From assembly GCA_016182555.1 (NCBI GenBank), contig JACPGJ010000008.1, positions 28,272 to 92,271 on the forward strand: a stretch of 64,000 nucleotides of DNA, in the 5' to 3' direction. Under the pieces are notes generated by a model, which worked only from the letters and a program-made list of their open reading frames with translations, made no database searches and was not told the origin of the DNA. This document shows positions 1-9,317 of this stretch, in pieces. The DNA comes from Candidatus Kerfeldbacteria bacterium (GTDB lineage: Bacteria; Patescibacteriota; Patescibacteriia; UBA9570; XYC2-FULL-38-9). Every line of letters begins with the position of its first letter. Position 1 is the first letter of the stretch. Both the position numbers and the translations under genes were made by a program.

Positions 1-846
1 TTTTCGGTTCGCGCGCGCCGCATAAATAAACAATTTCCCATGTCCAGTGAAGAAGTCAACCGCACACTCGGTGCGCGAATTGTGGAAGAGTATAACAAGC
101 AGGTGCAACTCACGAATCCAGATATTGAAGTGCGTATTTCGATAACCACAGATGGACAGTTTATCTCGTTTGCAAAACAGCGTGGTGCAGGCGGACTACC
201 AAATGGAACAAGCGGTAAGTTCATTTCTATGCTTTCATCTGGTATTGATTCACCAGTGGCTAGCTTCCGTATGATGAAGCGCGGCGCACGTGTGTTTTTT
301 CTGCATTTTCATAGTTATCCCATGACCTCGCGTGCGTCCATTGAAAACACCGAAGAGATCGTTCAACAGTTACAACAGTACCAACCAGATTCAATATTGC
401 TGCTGGCACCATTGGCTGAAATGCAAAAAGCGATCGTTCGACAAGCCCCACCATCATTTCGTATTTTGCTCTACCGAAAAGCGATGTTTGATATTGCGCA
501 GCGTTTGGCACACTTGCACCGTGCGAAAGGGGTAATTACGGGTGAAAGTCTTGGGCAAGTAGCTTCGCAAACGATTGAGAATATGACTGCTGTGACGCAG
601 GATATTCGTCTGCCCGTCTTACGCCCGCTGATCGGTTGTGATAAACAAGAAATTATGGATGAAGCACAGCGAATCGGCACGTACGATATTTCTATTCGTC
701 CGTATGAAGATTGTTGTTCTCTGTTGGTTCCGCCATCGGTAGAGACACGTGCACGGGCAGAAGATCTACGCCGATTCCAAGACCAATTACCATGGGAAGA
801 GATGATTGCAGACGTTATTGTCAACACCGAGCGGAGAGTGGTATAG
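1..846 (+). CDS. thiI: tRNA 4-thiouridine sulfurtransferase ThiI, C-terminal part; the frame is open to base 1, so the gene is 5'-truncated by the window edge
   Basis: ORF 40..846 in a frame that stays open to position 1. It shows the end of a THUMP-like region (KQRGAGGLPNGTSGKF) followed by a PP-loop-like SSGIDSPVA and the ThiI C-terminal architecture. Confidence 0.75.
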   Translation, partial: FSVRARRINKQFPMSSEEVNRTLGARIVEEYNKQVQLTNPDIEVRISITTDGQFISFAKQRGAGGLPNGTSGKFISMLSSGIDSPVASFRMMKRGARVFFLHFHSYPMTSRASIENTEEIVQQLQQYQPDSILLLAPLAEMQKAIVRQAPPSFRILLYRKAMFDIAQRLAHLHRAKGVITGESLGQVASQTIENMTAVTQDIRLPVLRPLIGCDKQEIMDEAQRIGTYDISIRPYEDCCSLLVPPSVETRARAEDLRRFQDQLPWEEMIADVIVNTERRVV

Positions 847-853
847 TATACGT

Positions 854-1030
854 ATGAATCCACTGATGAAAAAACAATATCGTTGTCAGGTGTGTGATAA
901 TGTTTCCTGGCGTCAAGAAGAGTGCCATGAAAAGCGCATGAAAGAACTCTGTTTTTGTGGCTCAGGAAAATTTCTGGAAGACTGTCACGGAAGTAGCCAA
1001 CCAACAAACCATAAACCAACCGCCAAATGA
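854..1030 (+). CDS. small SEC-C motif zinc-binding protein (58 aa)
   Basis: ATG at 854 inside ORF 806..1030. The C-terminal CFCGSGKFLEDCHG matches the SecA-type SEC-C metal-binding motif, and the stop overlaps the start of the next gene (ATGA). Confidence 0.45.
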   Translation: MNPLMKKQYRCQVCDNVSWRQEECHEKRMKELCFCGSGKFLEDCHGSSQPTNHKPTAK

Positions 1031-2379
1031 AATTAACATTTTGTGGCGCAAGCCGTGAAGTCACTGGCTCGTGTTATGTATTAGAAACAGCAACCAAAAA
1101 AATGGTTATTGATTGCGGTCTGTTTCAAGGGCAGCGTATTGCGGAACAACAAAATTTTGAAGATTTTCCTTTTGATCCCGCGAGCATTGATGTGTTGTTC
1201 ATTACCCATGCGCATTTGGATCACTGTGGTCGAATTCCGAAGCTTGTGCGTGATGGATTTCGTGGCCGTATTATTGCCACAAAACCAACCGCGCGTTTAG
1301 CACAACTCATTTTAGAAGATTCAGTTGATATTTTAGAACATGAAGCACGGCGACACCAGCACGAACCAATATTTTCTTTGGAAGACTTTGAACAAACCGT
1401 GACCCAGTTTGAAGAAACGTCTTACCGCACGCCGATCACACTCGATAGTGATACAACGGTGGAATTTTTCGATGCTGGGCATATTTTGGGTTCATCGAGT
1501 ATTCGTATCACTGCGGAAGGAAAATCTATTGTGTTTTCCGGCGACTTAGGCAATTGTCCTGCCCCTATTTTGAATTCAACAGATATGATTGGCGAAGCAG
1601 ATTATATAGTGATGGAGTCAACGTATGGTGGCCGCACACATGAAGATAAAAAAACGCGTACACTGTTATTGCAATCCGCTATTTATGAAATTGCCACAAT
1701 GAAAGGAGTGTTGATGATTCCCGCCTTTGCCATGGAGCGTACCCAAGAGTTACTCTTTGAATTAAATAATTTGACGAACAACAAAGATATTCCACCTGTT
1801 CCCATTTTTTTGGATAGTCCGCTGGCGATTAAAGCCACGGAAGTGTTTCGAGATTCCATAGAATATTTTAACTTGGAAACGCAAGAAATTATTCGAAAGG
1901 GAGATGATATTTTTCAATTTCCGAATTTGCATAATACACTCACGCCGCAAGAATCCAAAAAAATTCATGATATTCCGGCACCAAAAATTATTATTGCTGG
2001 GTCTGGAATGGCGCAAGGTGGCAGAATTGTGCACCACATTGAAGATTACATCAGCTTTTTTGCAAACCAATATTTGATCGTTGGGTTTCAAGTAAACGGG
2101 TCGCTTGGCCGGCGGTTATTAGAAGGGAAGAAGGAAATTTCTGTGAATGGAAAACCATTCCCAGTGAAAGCGAAAGTTCGCGCGATAGGAGCCTATTCGG
2201 CGCATGCAGACCAAAATGCGTTGCTGAAGTGGGTGGGTGGGTTTAACCAAAAACAGTTGCGAAAAATTTTTATTACGCATGGCGAAGAGGAACAAGCGGA
2301 GATATTGGCGGGGAATATCCGTCAAGTTGTTCAGGCTGACGTGAGTATCCCAGAATTGTTCTCAAGCGTTGATTTATAA
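1027..2379 (+). CDS. beta-CASP family RNA-metabolising metallo-beta-lactamase hydrolase
   Basis: 450-aa ORF with an N-terminal MBL fold and HAHLDHCG (HxHxDH) motif, and a length and C-terminal layout typical of beta-CASP ribonucleases. Confidence 0.7.
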   Translation: MKLTFCGASREVTGSCYVLETATKKMVIDCGLFQGQRIAEQQNFEDFPFDPASIDVLFITHAHLDHCGRIPKLVRDGFRGRIIATKPTARLAQLILEDSVDILEHEARRHQHEPIFSLEDFEQTVTQFEETSYRTPITLDSDTTVEFFDAGHILGSSSIRITAEGKSIVFSGDLGNCPAPILNSTDMIGEADYIVMESTYGGRTHEDKKTRTLLLQSAIYEIATMKGVLMIPAFAMERTQELLFELNNLTNNKDIPPVPIFLDSPLAIKATEVFRDSIEYFNLETQEIIRKGDDIFQFPNLHNTLTPQESKKIHDIPAPKIIIAGSGMAQGGRIVHHIEDYISFFANQYLIVGFQVNGSLGRRLLEGKKEISVNGKPFPVKAKVRAIGAYSAHADQNALLKWVGGFNQKQLRKIFITHGEEEQAEILAGNIRQVVQADVSIPELFSSVDL

Positions 2380-2469
2380 GGGGTTTTGTTCCTTTGTCAC
2401 ATCGTCTTTACACCGTGTTGAACAGATGCCGCAGCAACAGCTATTCAACCTGAAAGAGAGGGGAAGAGC

Positions 2470-2498
2470 TTGTTTTCATACAAATAATGCGCTATACT
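2470..2498 (+). promoter_or_regulatory. candidate sigma70-type promoter (-35 TTGTTT, 17-nt spacer, -10 TATACT) upstream of 2533
   Basis: Hexamer match and spacing read directly from the sequence, lying in a 153-nt intergenic spacer. Confidence 0.3.
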
Positions 2499-2532
2499 TC
2501 CCACTAAGAGAAGATCATTAACAACAACCTGT

Positions 2533-2868
2533 ATGAGTAACACAACACCTCGCCGTGCATCTAAATTTATTGTTGGTGCTGGCATTGCTGCCGCGGTTGC
2601 GGCTGGCGTCTTGACGTTCATCACGAACACAAAACGTGGAAAAGCCATTGCCAAAAAAGGTCGCGAACATGCGGCTGACTTGGCAAACGAAGTGGCGAAG
2701 CGCGCAGAAAAAATTCGTTCACTTACGCAACAACGCTACGAAGGCATGATTGATGATATCGTTGCGGAGTATCAAAAACGGAAAAAATTGACCACAGAAA
2801 CTGCCCAAGATTTAGCGAAGCAACTCAAGAAAGAATGGAACCACATAAAAAAAGAGCTCAAAAAATAA
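2533..2868 (+). CDS. YtxH-like membrane-anchored coiled-coil protein (hypothetical)
   Basis: 111-aa ORF with one N-terminal hydrophobic helix (FIVGAGIAAAVAAGVLTFI) followed by a Lys/Glu-rich helical tail. Confidence 0.4.
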   Translation: MSNTTPRRASKFIVGAGIAAAVAAGVLTFITNTKRGKAIAKKGREHAADLANEVAKRAEKIRSLTQQRYEGMIDDIVAEYQKRKKLTTETAQDLAKQLKKEWNHIKKELKK

Positions 2869-3239
2869 TACGGGGCATTGTTCGCCACGGAGATGGTCGT
2901 GGCAAACCGTTAGGTTTTCCCACAGCAAACATGCGGTTACACCAACCTATTCCAGAAGGTATTTATTGTGCGTATGCCACAATCGACAAACGAAGATATT
3001 CAGCGATCACATTTATTGGTGCCGCCAAAACATTTCATAAAACGAAACGCCAAGCCGAAACGTATATTTTAGATTTTGATAAAAATATTTATGGAAAGTG
3101 GCTACGCGTTATGTTGCTCAAAAAACTTCGCGGAAATAAAAAATTTCATTCTGTACAAGCGTTGATTCGTGCTATGCGGCTTGATGAAAAACAGGCGCGT
3201 ATATTTTTTTCTCAACGACACATAACCCACCAAAAATAA
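2835..3239 (+). CDS. standalone riboflavin kinase (RFK domain only)
   Basis: 134-aa ORF carrying the GxVxxGxGRGKxLGFPTAN riboflavin-kinase signature, with no FAD-synthetase domain. It overlaps the upstream gene by 34 nt. Confidence 0.65.
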   Translation: MEPHKKRAQKIIRGIVRHGDGRGKPLGFPTANMRLHQPIPEGIYCAYATIDKRRYSAITFIGAAKTFHKTKRQAETYILDFDKNIYGKWLRVMLLKKLRGNKKFHSVQALIRAMRLDEKQARIFFSQRHITHQK

Positions 3240-3243
3240 ACGT

Positions 3244-4980
3244 ATGGTCGAGCGCACACAAAAAAAGGAACTGGTTCCACGCATTATACAGGAAGTGATT
3301 ATCCCTGTACCATTGCGTGCACGTATTGAAAGAGAAGTAGGAGAGTTGAGTGAAGCATTCACTCGTGAGAATAACCATAATGTTTTACCTGGGTTGTTTT
3401 TGCGTATGATGGTGGGGAAATATATGAATAATGAATTGTTCCCTGGCGCATTGAGCGAATCGGATGCGGAGGAAGCCATAGAAGCGATTCACCACTTAGA
3501 AGAACATACAACAATAGATGGATTGACGGAGCTGGCAGGTAATAGGCGGCGTTTTACGGAAGAGATGAAACGCGTGTTTGCTCGTCTGCGTCAACAAAGA
3601 CCAGAATGCTCAACAGAAAGACGCCGAGGAAAATTGGAAAATGAATCATTTACCCTGGCCATTGTGGATATCGATTTTTTTAAAGATGTGAATACCTATG
3701 GCGGGCATTTGGCAGGAGATATTGCTTTGCAAGAATTAGTCCATATCATGAAAGACGTGTTGCGACCAACAGATAGTATTGATCGTTATGGCGGAGAAGA
3801 GTTTACTATTCGGATGCCAGCAACGGATGCGACAGGTGCGCAGCAAGCACTGCAGCGGTTACGTAAGCGCGTTCAAAAAGAATTATTTTCACGTGTGCAC
3901 ACTCAACTTCAGCAGGTCGATGTAGGCGCAGCTGCACAATTTTTTGCATATTATCAATCTAAACAGCCACCGTTGCGTATTACCATTAGTGCGGGTATCG
4001 CGGAGTATCGTGATACACCAACTCTCGATTTAGCATCCCATCAGACACCAGAAGATTTGACTAGTGATGCAGATCACGCATTATATGCCGCTAAACGCGG
4101 AACCCGAAATCGTGGACAGGGTAGAGACCGTATAGAAATTTTTCGATCAGATGTATGCAATATTCAACCGCGAATGGAACCAGCCGAACAGGGCACATTA
4201 GCAGATTTGCACACACACTATGAATTTTTAAAAAGTGAAATTGAACCGAAAGAAATTGTGCAAGCATATCAAGTCGCAAGTGAAGATCCAACAATCGCGA
4301 ATACCACTGTTGGAAAACTACAACGTTTTTTTTCCACATCAACTTTTGTCGAAGCCATTTTGACCCATGCACCAAGCGATATGCAGCATATTCATGGAGC
4401 GTTAGAACGGTTGCAACATTTTGCACGTATTGATGATTTAACCCAATTACCCAATCGTGTAGCGTATGAAGAAAAAATACAAGAACGTTTTGAATTAGCG
4501 AAAAGAACAGGCAAAGCCTTTTCTGTATTATCATTTGATATTGATAATTTTAAAAAAAGTATTAATGATGCCTGTGGCCATCCGTTTGGCGATAAGGTAC
4601 TCCGTCAATTAGGAGAGATTATTCGTACGCTTGTTCGCGGAGGAGAGTTTGCTGCTCGTGTTGGGGGAGATGAATTTAGTGTATTGATTGACACGGTAGA
4701 TCGAACTGAGGTAACTCATGCAGGGGAACGTTTTCGTGCAGCTGTAGAAAAAGAATTTGCAAACACGCAGGTTCCAGTGACCATTAGCGTCGGTGCCGCC
4801 ATTCCTGAAATGACGCCAACAACTCTTCATGGTCGTTCAGTGTGGGAATTCACGAATCCAACCGAGCTGCAGAGACAAGCGGATGCTGCTCATTTTTTCG
4901 CAAAAGAAGGAGGCAAAAATATCGTTTGCATTTATGACGCTCCACGTATGAGTGTGCTCCTTACGCCGCCGGAGGAGTAG
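3244..4980 (+). CDS. diguanylate cyclase with two tandem GGDEF domains
   Basis: 578-aa ORF. Domain 1 has DGLTELAGNRRRF...RPTD(I-site)SIDRYGGEEF. Domain 2 has DDLTQLPNRVAY...RVGGDEF. Both A-site motifs are intact. Confidence 0.8.
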   Translation: MVERTQKKELVPRIIQEVIIPVPLRARIEREVGELSEAFTRENNHNVLPGLFLRMMVGKYMNNELFPGALSESDAEEAIEAIHHLEEHTTIDGLTELAGNRRRFTEEMKRVFARLRQQRPECSTERRRGKLENESFTLAIVDIDFFKDVNTYGGHLAGDIALQELVHIMKDVLRPTDSIDRYGGEEFTIRMPATDATGAQQALQRLRKRVQKELFSRVHTQLQQVDVGAAAQFFAYYQSKQPPLRITISAGIAEYRDTPTLDLASHQTPEDLTSDADHALYAAKRGTRNRGQGRDRIEIFRSDVCNIQPRMEPAEQGTLADLHTHYEFLKSEIEPKEIVQAYQVASEDPTIANTTVGKLQRFFSTSTFVEAILTHAPSDMQHIHGALERLQHFARIDDLTQLPNRVAYEEKIQERFELAKRTGKAFSVLSFDIDNFKKSINDACGHPFGDKVLRQLGEIIRTLVRGGEFAARVGGDEFSVLIDTVDRTEVTHAGERFRAAVEKEFANTQVPVTISVGAAIPEMTPTTLHGRSVWEFTNPTELQRQADAAHFFAKEGGKNIVCIYDAPRMSVLLTPPEE

Positions 4981-6502
4981 GCGGTGCAATGGGAAGATGA
5001 ATGATCACCTTGGTGCCTTTGTTGATAGCGCTTTCTATAATAATATCCCCACCTTGCTGAGTGATAATTTCATGCGCAAGAAATAATCCGAGGCCCGATC
5101 CATCGGCTTGAATAGTTTGAATATTGGATCCACGGTAAAATTTGGTGAACAAACGATCTTGTTCTTCTGCAGGGATGCCATAACCGGTGTCACGTATCTG
5201 CGTGAGTACTTCATCGTTCGTTTTTTCAAATGCGATATCGACTGTCCCACCTTTTGGTGTATATTTGATAGCATTGTCAATAATATTATGAAATGCAAGT
5301 TTCATTTTTTCTGGGTCCATGGAAACAGCTGGTAAGGGGGTCGTTGGTTTCTCTACAGTGAAGATGATGCCTGTTTCTTTTGCTGCTGTATCAAATTCTT
5401 CAAAAAGTTCTTGTATAAACGGCACTAATTCTACTGAACGAGTTTCGTATGTGAGTTTTTTTGCTTCTACCTGTAACACGTCAAGCAAGCTATTGATCAG
5501 CAGTGTCATGCGATTGATATTATCTAATCCTTTTTTCAGTTGGTTTTTTGCTTCTGGAGAAATATCACCTAAATCGCCGTCTACGGTCATGCTGATTAAC
5601 CACTTAATGCCAGAGATTGGTGTGCGTAATTGGTGTGCAGCGATCGATAAAAATTCTGTTTTTTGTTGATCCAGTTTTCGTGTTTTTTCTAATTCAATCT
5701 TCAACGATTCCTGTGTTGCTTGAATTCGTTGAATCATAATATTAAATGTATCTGCAAATACGCCAAGCTCATCATGGCTATCAACCGTTGCTGGGCGAAA
5801 ACGTCCTTGTCCAATATCGTGCGCGACCGCTGTTAATTGTTCAAGCGGCTGTGTGACCGCGCGGCGCATAAAAATCGAAATAAAGATAAAAACAATAAAC
5901 GCTAAAAAGCCAATAATCGATACAATGGTGATTGTTTTCTGTACCGCATAAGCCGTGCTCTGTTCTTGGTTGCTCGTAAATTGTTGAATACGGTCTTCTA
6001 CCTCTTGCGAAACAAAATTGGAAAATGCATCACGGTTTTTTGACACGATCGCTTGAGCAGATGCCAATACCGTGTTGCTCGCTCCATTTTCATAAGCTTC
6101 AATCAGATCGTTCAATGAGCTATACACGGCATTGATATGTGTTTCAAAAGATTGTGTGAATTCTAATTCGGATTGTGATTGTGATAGCGAAAATAATTCC
6201 ACTTGCGCAATTAACGCTTGCCGAATCGCATTCTCATATTCTTTTTTGCTCGCCACGTCACCAGTTCGCACATATTCGTTGGCGGCAAGAATAGAGAGAT
6301 TGAGGTTGTCTTTGATGTTCGAAGTTTGAATGAGTCGATTTGTTTGTACAGAAAGTTTTTCAGTTTGTTGTTGAATGTCGCGAATGGAAAAAATATTCAA
6401 CACTCCAAGATTGAGCAGCAAAATAAACACTATACCAAAAATGAACACAATTTTATGTTTAATTTTGACGTTGCGGAGTTGTTCAATGATGGCAATAGAC
6501 AT
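4961..6502 (-). CDS. sensor histidine kinase (TM, periplasmic sensor, TM, HAMP, HisKA, HATPase_c)
   Basis: 513-aa ORF with two hydrophobic segments flanking a ~170-aa loop, an H-box LSIAAHQLRTP, and an ATP-lid DGSGLGLFLAHEIITQQGG. No response regulator lies adjacent. Confidence 0.85.
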   Translation of the reverse strand: MSIAIIEQLRNVKIKHKIVFIFGIVFILLLNLGVLNIFSIRDIQQQTEKLSVQTNRLIQTSNIKDNLNLSILAANEYVRTGDVASKKEYENAIRQALIAQVELFSLSQSQSELEFTQSFETHINAVYSSLNDLIEAYENGASNTVLASAQAIVSKNRDAFSNFVSQEVEDRIQQFTSNQEQSTAYAVQKTITIVSIIGFLAFIVFIFISIFMRRAVTQPLEQLTAVAHDIGQGRFRPATVDSHDELGVFADTFNIMIQRIQATQESLKIELEKTRKLDQQKTEFLSIAAHQLRTPISGIKWLISMTVDGDLGDISPEAKNQLKKGLDNINRMTLLINSLLDVLQVEAKKLTYETRSVELVPFIQELFEEFDTAAKETGIIFTVEKPTTPLPAVSMDPEKMKLAFHNIIDNAIKYTPKGGTVDIAFEKTNDEVLTQIRDTGYGIPAEEQDRLFTKFYRGSNIQTIQADGSGLGLFLAHEIITQQGGDIIIESAINKGTKVIIHLPIAPPTPPAA

Positions 6503-6613
6503 AGGTACTTATTAGTATAGCAGTTTTTTATTCATTGTGTACTATGTCGATATTATTATTATTTACAGTACTCAGGCATTTTGATATACTCAACATAATT
6601 CATCAATATCCTT

Positions 6614-7200
6614 ATGCCAGATTCAAACAATACCTTTCCACCACTTCCGCAAATGCCAGTACAACCCGGGACCATGCCGGCAGCTGACGCTTTTGATCCA
6701 CCACCAGCAGCACAATCACCAACGCAAGTATCGGTTCAAAAAACGCCTCAACCTCCCATACCGGTACAGTACCAACCACAACCAGTACAACCACTTCAGA
6801 CGCCGCCAACACCTGAAATATACGCTGTTGCACCGCAGCCGATGCCCCAAGCACCTCTTCCTCAACCAATACCAGAGCAAACTGTTCCTCCGGTGATTCC
6901 AGATCAACCCTTCCCTCAATCTGTTTATCAGCCACAACCAGCAGCGCCTGCGCCGTTTCCTGAAACACCGATGCAAGCTCCTGCACCGGTATTTACACCA
7001 CCTCCTGTTCAACCTGCTCCACAGCCACTACCACAAACACCAGTGTTCGAACCGCAGCCAGTAATGCCCCAACTAGCCACAGCGCCCGCACCAGCACCTA
7101 TCGCTACACCAGGACCTGCGCCAACACCAACAGGAAATTTTTTTGACCAACCGTTACCAAATCAGCAACCAGCACTTGCACCTATTGATCCTGGTATGAC
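6614..7200 (+). repeat. low-complexity CCN/CAR-rich coding repeat region (proline/glutamine codons)
   Basis: Degenerate short repeats (ccaccacc, cagccacaacc, cctgcacc) run through the 5' two-thirds of the proline-rich gene. Confidence 0.5.
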
Positions 7201-7534
7201 CTCGCCAACCTTCCAACAAGCGGCCCTCACTCAAGAAGAACAAGATCAATTATTTAGCCGAGAGCGCTTATCCACCGGACAAAAAATGGTTATTATTTTT
7301 ATTGCTATTGTTGCGTTGGGAATTATTGGGGGCGCTGGTTTTTGGTTGTATACCCAAATCAATGCTTCTCCTGGCACCATAAATACCAACCAACAAGTGG
7401 ATACAGATAAAGATGGATTGACCGATGCTCAAGAAGCGACGTATCGTACGAACCCAAATAAAGCCGATACGGATGGTGATGGCTACTTAGACGGAGAAGA
7501 AGTGAATACCAAGCATAATCCGTTAGGAAAATAA
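6614..7534 (+). CDS. proline-rich membrane protein with C-terminal thrombospondin-type-3-like calcium-binding repeats
   Basis: 306-aa ORF with ~200 aa of P/Q/A-rich low complexity, one TM helix (MVIIFIAIVALGIIGGAGFWLY), then DTDKDGLTDAQE...DTDGDGYLDGEE (DxDxDG motifs). Confidence 0.55.
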   Translation: MPDSNNTFPPLPQMPVQPGTMPAADAFDPPPAAQSPTQVSVQKTPQPPIPVQYQPQPVQPLQTPPTPEIYAVAPQPMPQAPLPQPIPEQTVPPVIPDQPFPQSVYQPQPAAPAPFPETPMQAPAPVFTPPPVQPAPQPLPQTPVFEPQPVMPQLATAPAPAPIATPGPAPTPTGNFFDQPLPNQQPALAPIDPGMTSPTFQQAALTQEEQDQLFSRERLSTGQKMVIIFIAIVALGIIGGAGFWLYTQINASPGTINTNQQVDTDKDGLTDAQEATYRTNPNKADTDGDGYLDGEEVNTKHNPLGK

Positions 7535-7545
7535 TTATTGCAGCT

Positions 7546-8694
7546 GTGAAAAAAATTGTTGTTGGCATGAGCGGAGGAGTGGATTCATCTGTTGCCGCGT
7601 ATTTGTTGAAGCAGCAGGGTTTTGATGTACTTGGTGTATTCATGAAAAATTGGGAAGATGCGACACCTGAACCTGGCTACCGACAACAAGAAACGATGGC
7701 TGGTTGCACCTGGGAAGAAGATTTTGCAGATGTACGTGCCGTTTGCCAACAATTAGATATTCCATACACGACGTTTAATTTTGTGGAAGAATACCGCGAC
7801 CGTGTTTTTGATTATTTTATTGCGGAACTCAAAGCTGGGCGAACACCGAACCCTGATATTTTGTGCAATCAAGAAATCAAATTTCAATTGTTTTTGGAAA
7901 AAGCATTGCGCTTGGAAGGGGTAGATGGCGTTGCCACGGGGCATTATGCGAAAATTGATAACCAAGGGCGTCTGTGCCGGCCGCGTGACCGGAACAAAGA
8001 CCAAACCTATTTTTTGTATCGCCTGGATCGTGCCGTGTTACCACGTGTTGTTTTTCCATTGGCTGACCTCACAAAAGAAGAGGTGCGCGCCATTGCAAAA
8101 CAGCAAAAATTTCCCAATGCAGATAAAAAGGATTCCACCGGCATTTGTTTTATTGGCAATATTGATTACAAGCAATTCATTGACCAGTATATTGAGAAAA
8201 GACCAGGGGTCATTCAAACACTGGATGGTGTTGTGGTGGGGAAGCATGATGGGCTTCATTTTTACACCATTGGGCAACGCCGCGGTATCAATATTGGTGG
8301 AACAGGTCCGTATTATGTAGTCAAAAAAGACCAAGAAAAAAATATATTGTTTGTCACCAATAATAAAGATGATTCGCAATTATTTCAAGCTTCCTGCCGC
8401 GTGAGTGATCTGCATTGGTTAACCGAATTTCCATTGCCGAAAGAAGCTGATGTGCAGATTCGCTATAGACAACAAGCACAACCGGCTGCGGTAGCGGCAG
8501 AATTCGGAGCGAGCATCGGCTTGCCACAAGGCAAACGTACCCCTGAGGGCACAAGCAGCTCGCGAGAATTACTGCCGCGAACGCAGCAAACGGTGAACGT
8601 TCTTTTTCAAGAACCACAACGTGCGGTTACTGCCGGCCAATCCGCCGTGTTCTATGCTGGCGATATTGTGCTTGGTGGTGGTATCATTCAGTAG
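7546..8694 (+). CDS. mnmA: tRNA-specific 2-thiouridylase MnmA
   Basis: 382-aa ORF with a GTG start and an N-terminal PP-loop VVGMSGGVDSSVAA, plus MnmA-like length and a conserved central region. Confidence 0.9.
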   Translation: MKKIVVGMSGGVDSSVAAYLLKQQGFDVLGVFMKNWEDATPEPGYRQQETMAGCTWEEDFADVRAVCQQLDIPYTTFNFVEEYRDRVFDYFIAELKAGRTPNPDILCNQEIKFQLFLEKALRLEGVDGVATGHYAKIDNQGRLCRPRDRNKDQTYFLYRLDRAVLPRVVFPLADLTKEEVRAIAKQQKFPNADKKDSTGICFIGNIDYKQFIDQYIEKRPGVIQTLDGVVVGKHDGLHFYTIGQRRGINIGGTGPYYVVKKDQEKNILFVTNNKDDSQLFQASCRVSDLHWLTEFPLPKEADVQIRYRQQAQPAAVAAEFGASIGLPQGKRTPEGTSSSRELLPRTQQTVNVLFQEPQRAVTAGQSAVFYAGDIVLGGGIIQ

Positions 8695-8699
8695 CTATT

Positions 8700-9317
8700 A
8701 TGCGAATATCCATTGACCGAATATCTTTGTGTACCACGATCAGTTTAAGCGCATTGTTTTTTGTATTTTCTCTCTATTTTGCATTCGGCCCACATGATTA
8801 TTTTAAAGTGGCTGCTGGTCTATTTTATACGTTTGCTGTTTTTGCTCCACGCTATTTGTATATGCACACTACCATGCATCAGTGGAGTTCATGGCGTACT
8901 ATCGCTTTTATTGAAATTGTGGGCGGACTATTTGTTTCTTTGAACGCTCTTGGCGCATTAAAGTTTTATTTAAGCGCAAGATATTTCGATATGGTACTGC
9001 ATCTCATTATTCCGCTATGCACGACGCTTCTCATCGCTATGCTGCTTGGGCAGTATTTGCAATTCATCGGTAAATATAGTTTACTATCTGTACAGTTTTT
9101 TTCAGCATCGTGTACCATTTTACTCATATTGTTGTGGGAATATTTTGAATGGCAATCCGATATGCTCTTTGGTACACACATGCATGGGCAAGCCGGTGAA
9201 CCCTATGATACGCTTTACGATATCATGGCTGGTGTTTCAGCTCAGCCTATCGCTCTCTTTATTATTTATCGTTATCTTCACGCATTACATGTATGGCTAC
9301 AACCTCCCAAGCGTTAA
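8700..9317 (+). CDS. hypothetical polytopic membrane protein
   Basis: 205-aa ORF with several hydrophobic helices. Its 3' end overlaps the alaS start by 25 nt. Confidence 0.45.
   Translation: MRISIDRISLCTTISLSALFFVFSLYFAFGPHDYFKVAAGLFYTFAVFAPRYLYMHTTMHQWSSWRTIAFIEIVGGLFVSLNALGALKFYLSARYFDMVLHLIIPLCTTLLIAMLLGQYLQFIGKYSLLSVQFFSASCTILLILLWEYFEWQSDMLFGTHMHGQAGEPYDTLYDIMAGVSAQPIALFIIYRYLHALHVWLQPPKR

Noticed and set aside
3102-3479. 125-aa minus-strand ORF overlapping the riboflavin kinase and diguanylate cyclase genes.
   Set aside because: It lies antisense to two motif-supported genes and has low-complexity, stop-poor AT-rich composition.
6581-6609. TTGATA-17-CAATAT promoter-like hexamers just upstream of the proline-rich gene.
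   Set aside because: The -10 ends only 4 nt before the ATG, so the predicted TSS would fall inside the start codon. It is kept only as a weak possibility.
6612-7012. Minus-strand ORFs 6612..6986 and 6716..7012 (Arg/Trp/Leu-rich, e.g. MNRRWCKYRCRSLHRC...).
   Set aside because: They are antisense translations of the CCN-rich proline-rich gene on the plus strand, i.e. a compositional artefact.
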